DNA of 64,000 nucleotides from assembly GCA_040954595.2 (NCBI GenBank), contig CM082578.2, forward strand, positions 16,290,998 through 16,354,997, in the 5' to 3' direction. Positions within the stretch are counted from its first letter, which is position 1. Each line of letters starts with the position of its first letter. The position numbers and the translations under genes are program-made. This DNA comes from Balanoglossus misakiensis. Lineage: Eukaryota > Animalia > Hemichordata. The notes beneath the pieces were generated by a model, which was not told the origin of the DNA, ran no database searches, and worked only from the letters and a program-made list of their open reading frames with translations. Shown in pieces: positions 61,146-64,000 of this stretch.

Positions 61146-64000
61146 AACCCGATAGGGCCTACTATGTACTAATAGCCGAGAAAGCTACTCGTCTTTTGAC
61201 AAATTTCGGGGTGTAAGTCCAGCGCATTAAACTTTAACACTTAAACGTCATTGATGGCTTTTTATAACTCCTACCCTAAACAATTTGAGTGGCCTCGAAA
61301 CAGAATTCACTTATAGTTGGCCATCGCTCTTCCCATAAGTTTATACACTGAAAAGGATTTTTGTCTCATAGTTACTACGCCTGCGCGTGCTGGGGCTTCC
61401 CCTCCGATTCCTGACGTTTTCACCCATGACAGACATAGGTCATGTTTCGCTTTGGCGTACCCAGTAACCAAGTAGGTTACTAGGTTTTCCACAACCGTTC
61501 AAATCACACATTACCACGACACGGGTGTTCCAGTGTGCTCCCGAGATCTCGGGAACCAATCTGGAATATATGATAAAAAAGATGAGCTGTAGTACATGAA
61601 GTAAATGTTCATGAAAAGCTCAGGATGCTGAATTGCCGCTCCGGGATGTGATCTTTTTATTTTACTTGACACGCCTAAAGTCATTTTGATGCGGATCTTT
61701 CGCATTTGATGTCTTTGGTTCGCCGGTATTACTAGATACTAGTAGGTCCAAACGCCTACCTGATTATGACCTGTTCGTTTGATTCCCAGAAAATGTTAAC
61801 AATATGCATGCGTTTCCGAGAACTCAAGTTTAGGTTAAACATGGCGGAATAGCATGTAAGGTAACGTATAGGAAATACTGGTAAGAGAAAATAACGCCAC
61901 TTGTAAAATTCGCTTACTTTATTTTAAAATATCCGCAGCAGTATCAAATCCATAAAATTGTTGTCAACCGCCACCTAGTGAAATTCGCCTGTCACTAGTG
62001 TCAGCATTACACAATCTGTTACATGCGTGGTACCATATAGGCCCTAAATGTCGCCGTAGTAATCTGTTTTGTGCGTAGTTTAGGGGCACAAGTTGGCAGC
62101 GACGTTTTCAACATTAAGGCAAAAGTATATATTTTTAGACCAAAGAAAAAATAGTCAGCTTCATGACTGACAGTGCCAGTGGCCAAGGCGTCGTAGTGCC
62201 CGTCGCCAGGGTGATTTGATGTCAGACGTTCAGTCAGTCTGAAATCGCCAAGAGGTTGCCACTCTTCAAACATAATGTTACTGTAGTCATGCACATACAT
62301 GTACATGTACTATATGCTACCAGTATAGTTTATTGTAGTAGCAGTTTTTATATAATCCGATAAGTCTAGTTTTGGTTTCGATATGTGCAGTGGTACAGCG
62401 TATAGGCTACCCCATCATGCACTGCTGGCGTGAATGTATTGCTCAATGTCGCCTAGCTTAAAGTATTACTATATGTGAATATTTCCAAACTTTCCGGACA
62501 CTGAGAAGATTGAAAGTATAGGGGCAACTGCATTGAGTTGCGTACACTGTCACTGTATTAATACACTATGGCCGTAAAATTAAGTGATATTACCTAAGTA
62601 AATTGGTGTCAAAGTGAAACCTTAATGGGGCTTGTGTATGACAACCGAATTCTGTGAAGTTCAGACGTGTCAAAAATACGATCAATATCATTAGAGGGTT
62701 ATAAGTAGCCATTGTTAACGCGAGTTAAACAATCCGCAATCGCATGGCGATGTATAGACAGCATTAGGTAAGTTTCTTCGATGTCTCCATAGAAGGCCAT
62801 ATAAATTACCAATCATATTCAAAGTTTTTTGTGTATGGTGCTTGATTGATGCTTGCGTTATCGTCGAAGATGACGACATGACCTCGAAAGTTGCAAGAGT
62901 TTAGTTACGCGAAGGTTAGGGTAGACCCTTTTTGCCAGGTGGCCGTATAATACGCGAAGTTCATCAGACCATCCGACGGAACCGGTACTTCTTGAGACAA
63001 TATCGTACTGATATAATTATACAAGGTAAAAGCTTCTTTGTAACAGCCTGAGTCCCATCGATGACGTGGAACGGGTCTCATTGTGACGTGAATTCTTCTT
63101 GAGCGTAAGTTTAAGGGAAAACACTTGACAAGCGATACTTTTGTAGACGTGAAGCTTTGCATGATGAGGCAGTTATGAGGTCGGAGAATATTAGTGTACA
63201 GTCACAATGATGTGGTATATATCATAAAGTTCTTTGTGTGTACGTGTGTTGAAAGCTGAAGAACAGCAACTCAATCGACTGTGGGGGCGCCCTTTATTAA
63301 CAAAATGGCGGGTCGTGTGCCATATATATTATAGGTCTACGCAGTTCACATTGCAGTTGTAAATAGACTTCGCAAATTGATCTTAAGTTATTAATAATAC
63401 CCTAAAACGTGTTCGGAAGATCTATGGATTAATTTACAATACATCAGTTCCGGTTTGCCTTGAAAAAGCGCCTTGTACTTCTGAAAGTGCAAAGGTCAGT
63501 ATATGTATATGAACCTAGTACATTCATGATGTGTACACAATGTGAATTTCACAAATTTTAGTCCCAAAAGTGTAAACACCACATTGGAAAATGCCCGAAA
63601 GGCTAGCTACTCGATGGTTAGTTCACAGTCGTCCCTCTGTTGGTTCAACCATGGGCATGCTTCAACCATGAACATTTGTGGCACCTCCTCCATAGCTCAA
63701 CATATAGTATAACTGGAGGTGTAGCCTCCTAGTATTTCCTACCTTCATGGTAACGACTTAGTTCCTGTGAATCTGTAAGAGACAGAGACAGATGAGATGT
63801 GTTACTGGTTAAGGATACTGTTTGCAAAAACAAATGATGAATTAAATCCTGTTTTTATATATTACAGGATCCAACAATAACATGAGAACAATAAAAACCA
63901 CCAAAACTGGTTTCTCATTGTATAAGTGTTCTCAGTATATTGCCACTTGGACATTTTAACGTTAACCCTTTCACCCCTAGTTTCCTCTATAAAGGTCCAG

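Noticed and set aside
63962-64000. TTAACCCTTT start resembling a piggyBac-like MITE end
   Set aside because: Truncated by the window edge, so the partner TIR cannot be seen.

Overview
This is intron-rich, AT-rich animal genomic DNA. GT-AG exon structures, microsatellites and MITEs suggest a marine invertebrate, probably a deuterostome, but the species cannot be fixed from the sequence alone. Most ORF-track entries are exon fragments or noise. Manual splicing gives eight protein-coding genes in order: a membrane-tethered SEA/EGF mucin (-) with a ~3.3 kb VNTR exon, NUDT5 (-), YOD1/OTU1 (-), PFKFB (+), a spliced tandem-SAP + pRiA4b-ORF3-like Cys-rich protein (-), a Shisa-family protein with two Cys-rich modules (-), RPL18A (-) and XPOT (+). 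About 13 kb of apparently non-coding DNA follows. The most unusual object is the 5-exon gene at 33554-35289. Its C-terminal ~240 aa carry motifs I recall from a prokaryotic, mobile-element-associated family, fused to two eukaryotic SAP DNA-binding motifs, so it is a candidate domesticated horizontal transfer. Also notable are three SNORA68-like H/ACA snoRNAs shared between the head-to-head RPL18A and XPOT genes, an upstream PFKFB exon that would nest YOD1 inside a PFKFB intron, and a PFKFB tail combining motifs that are split between vertebrate paralogues. Exon coordinates were read by eye and may be a few bases off.
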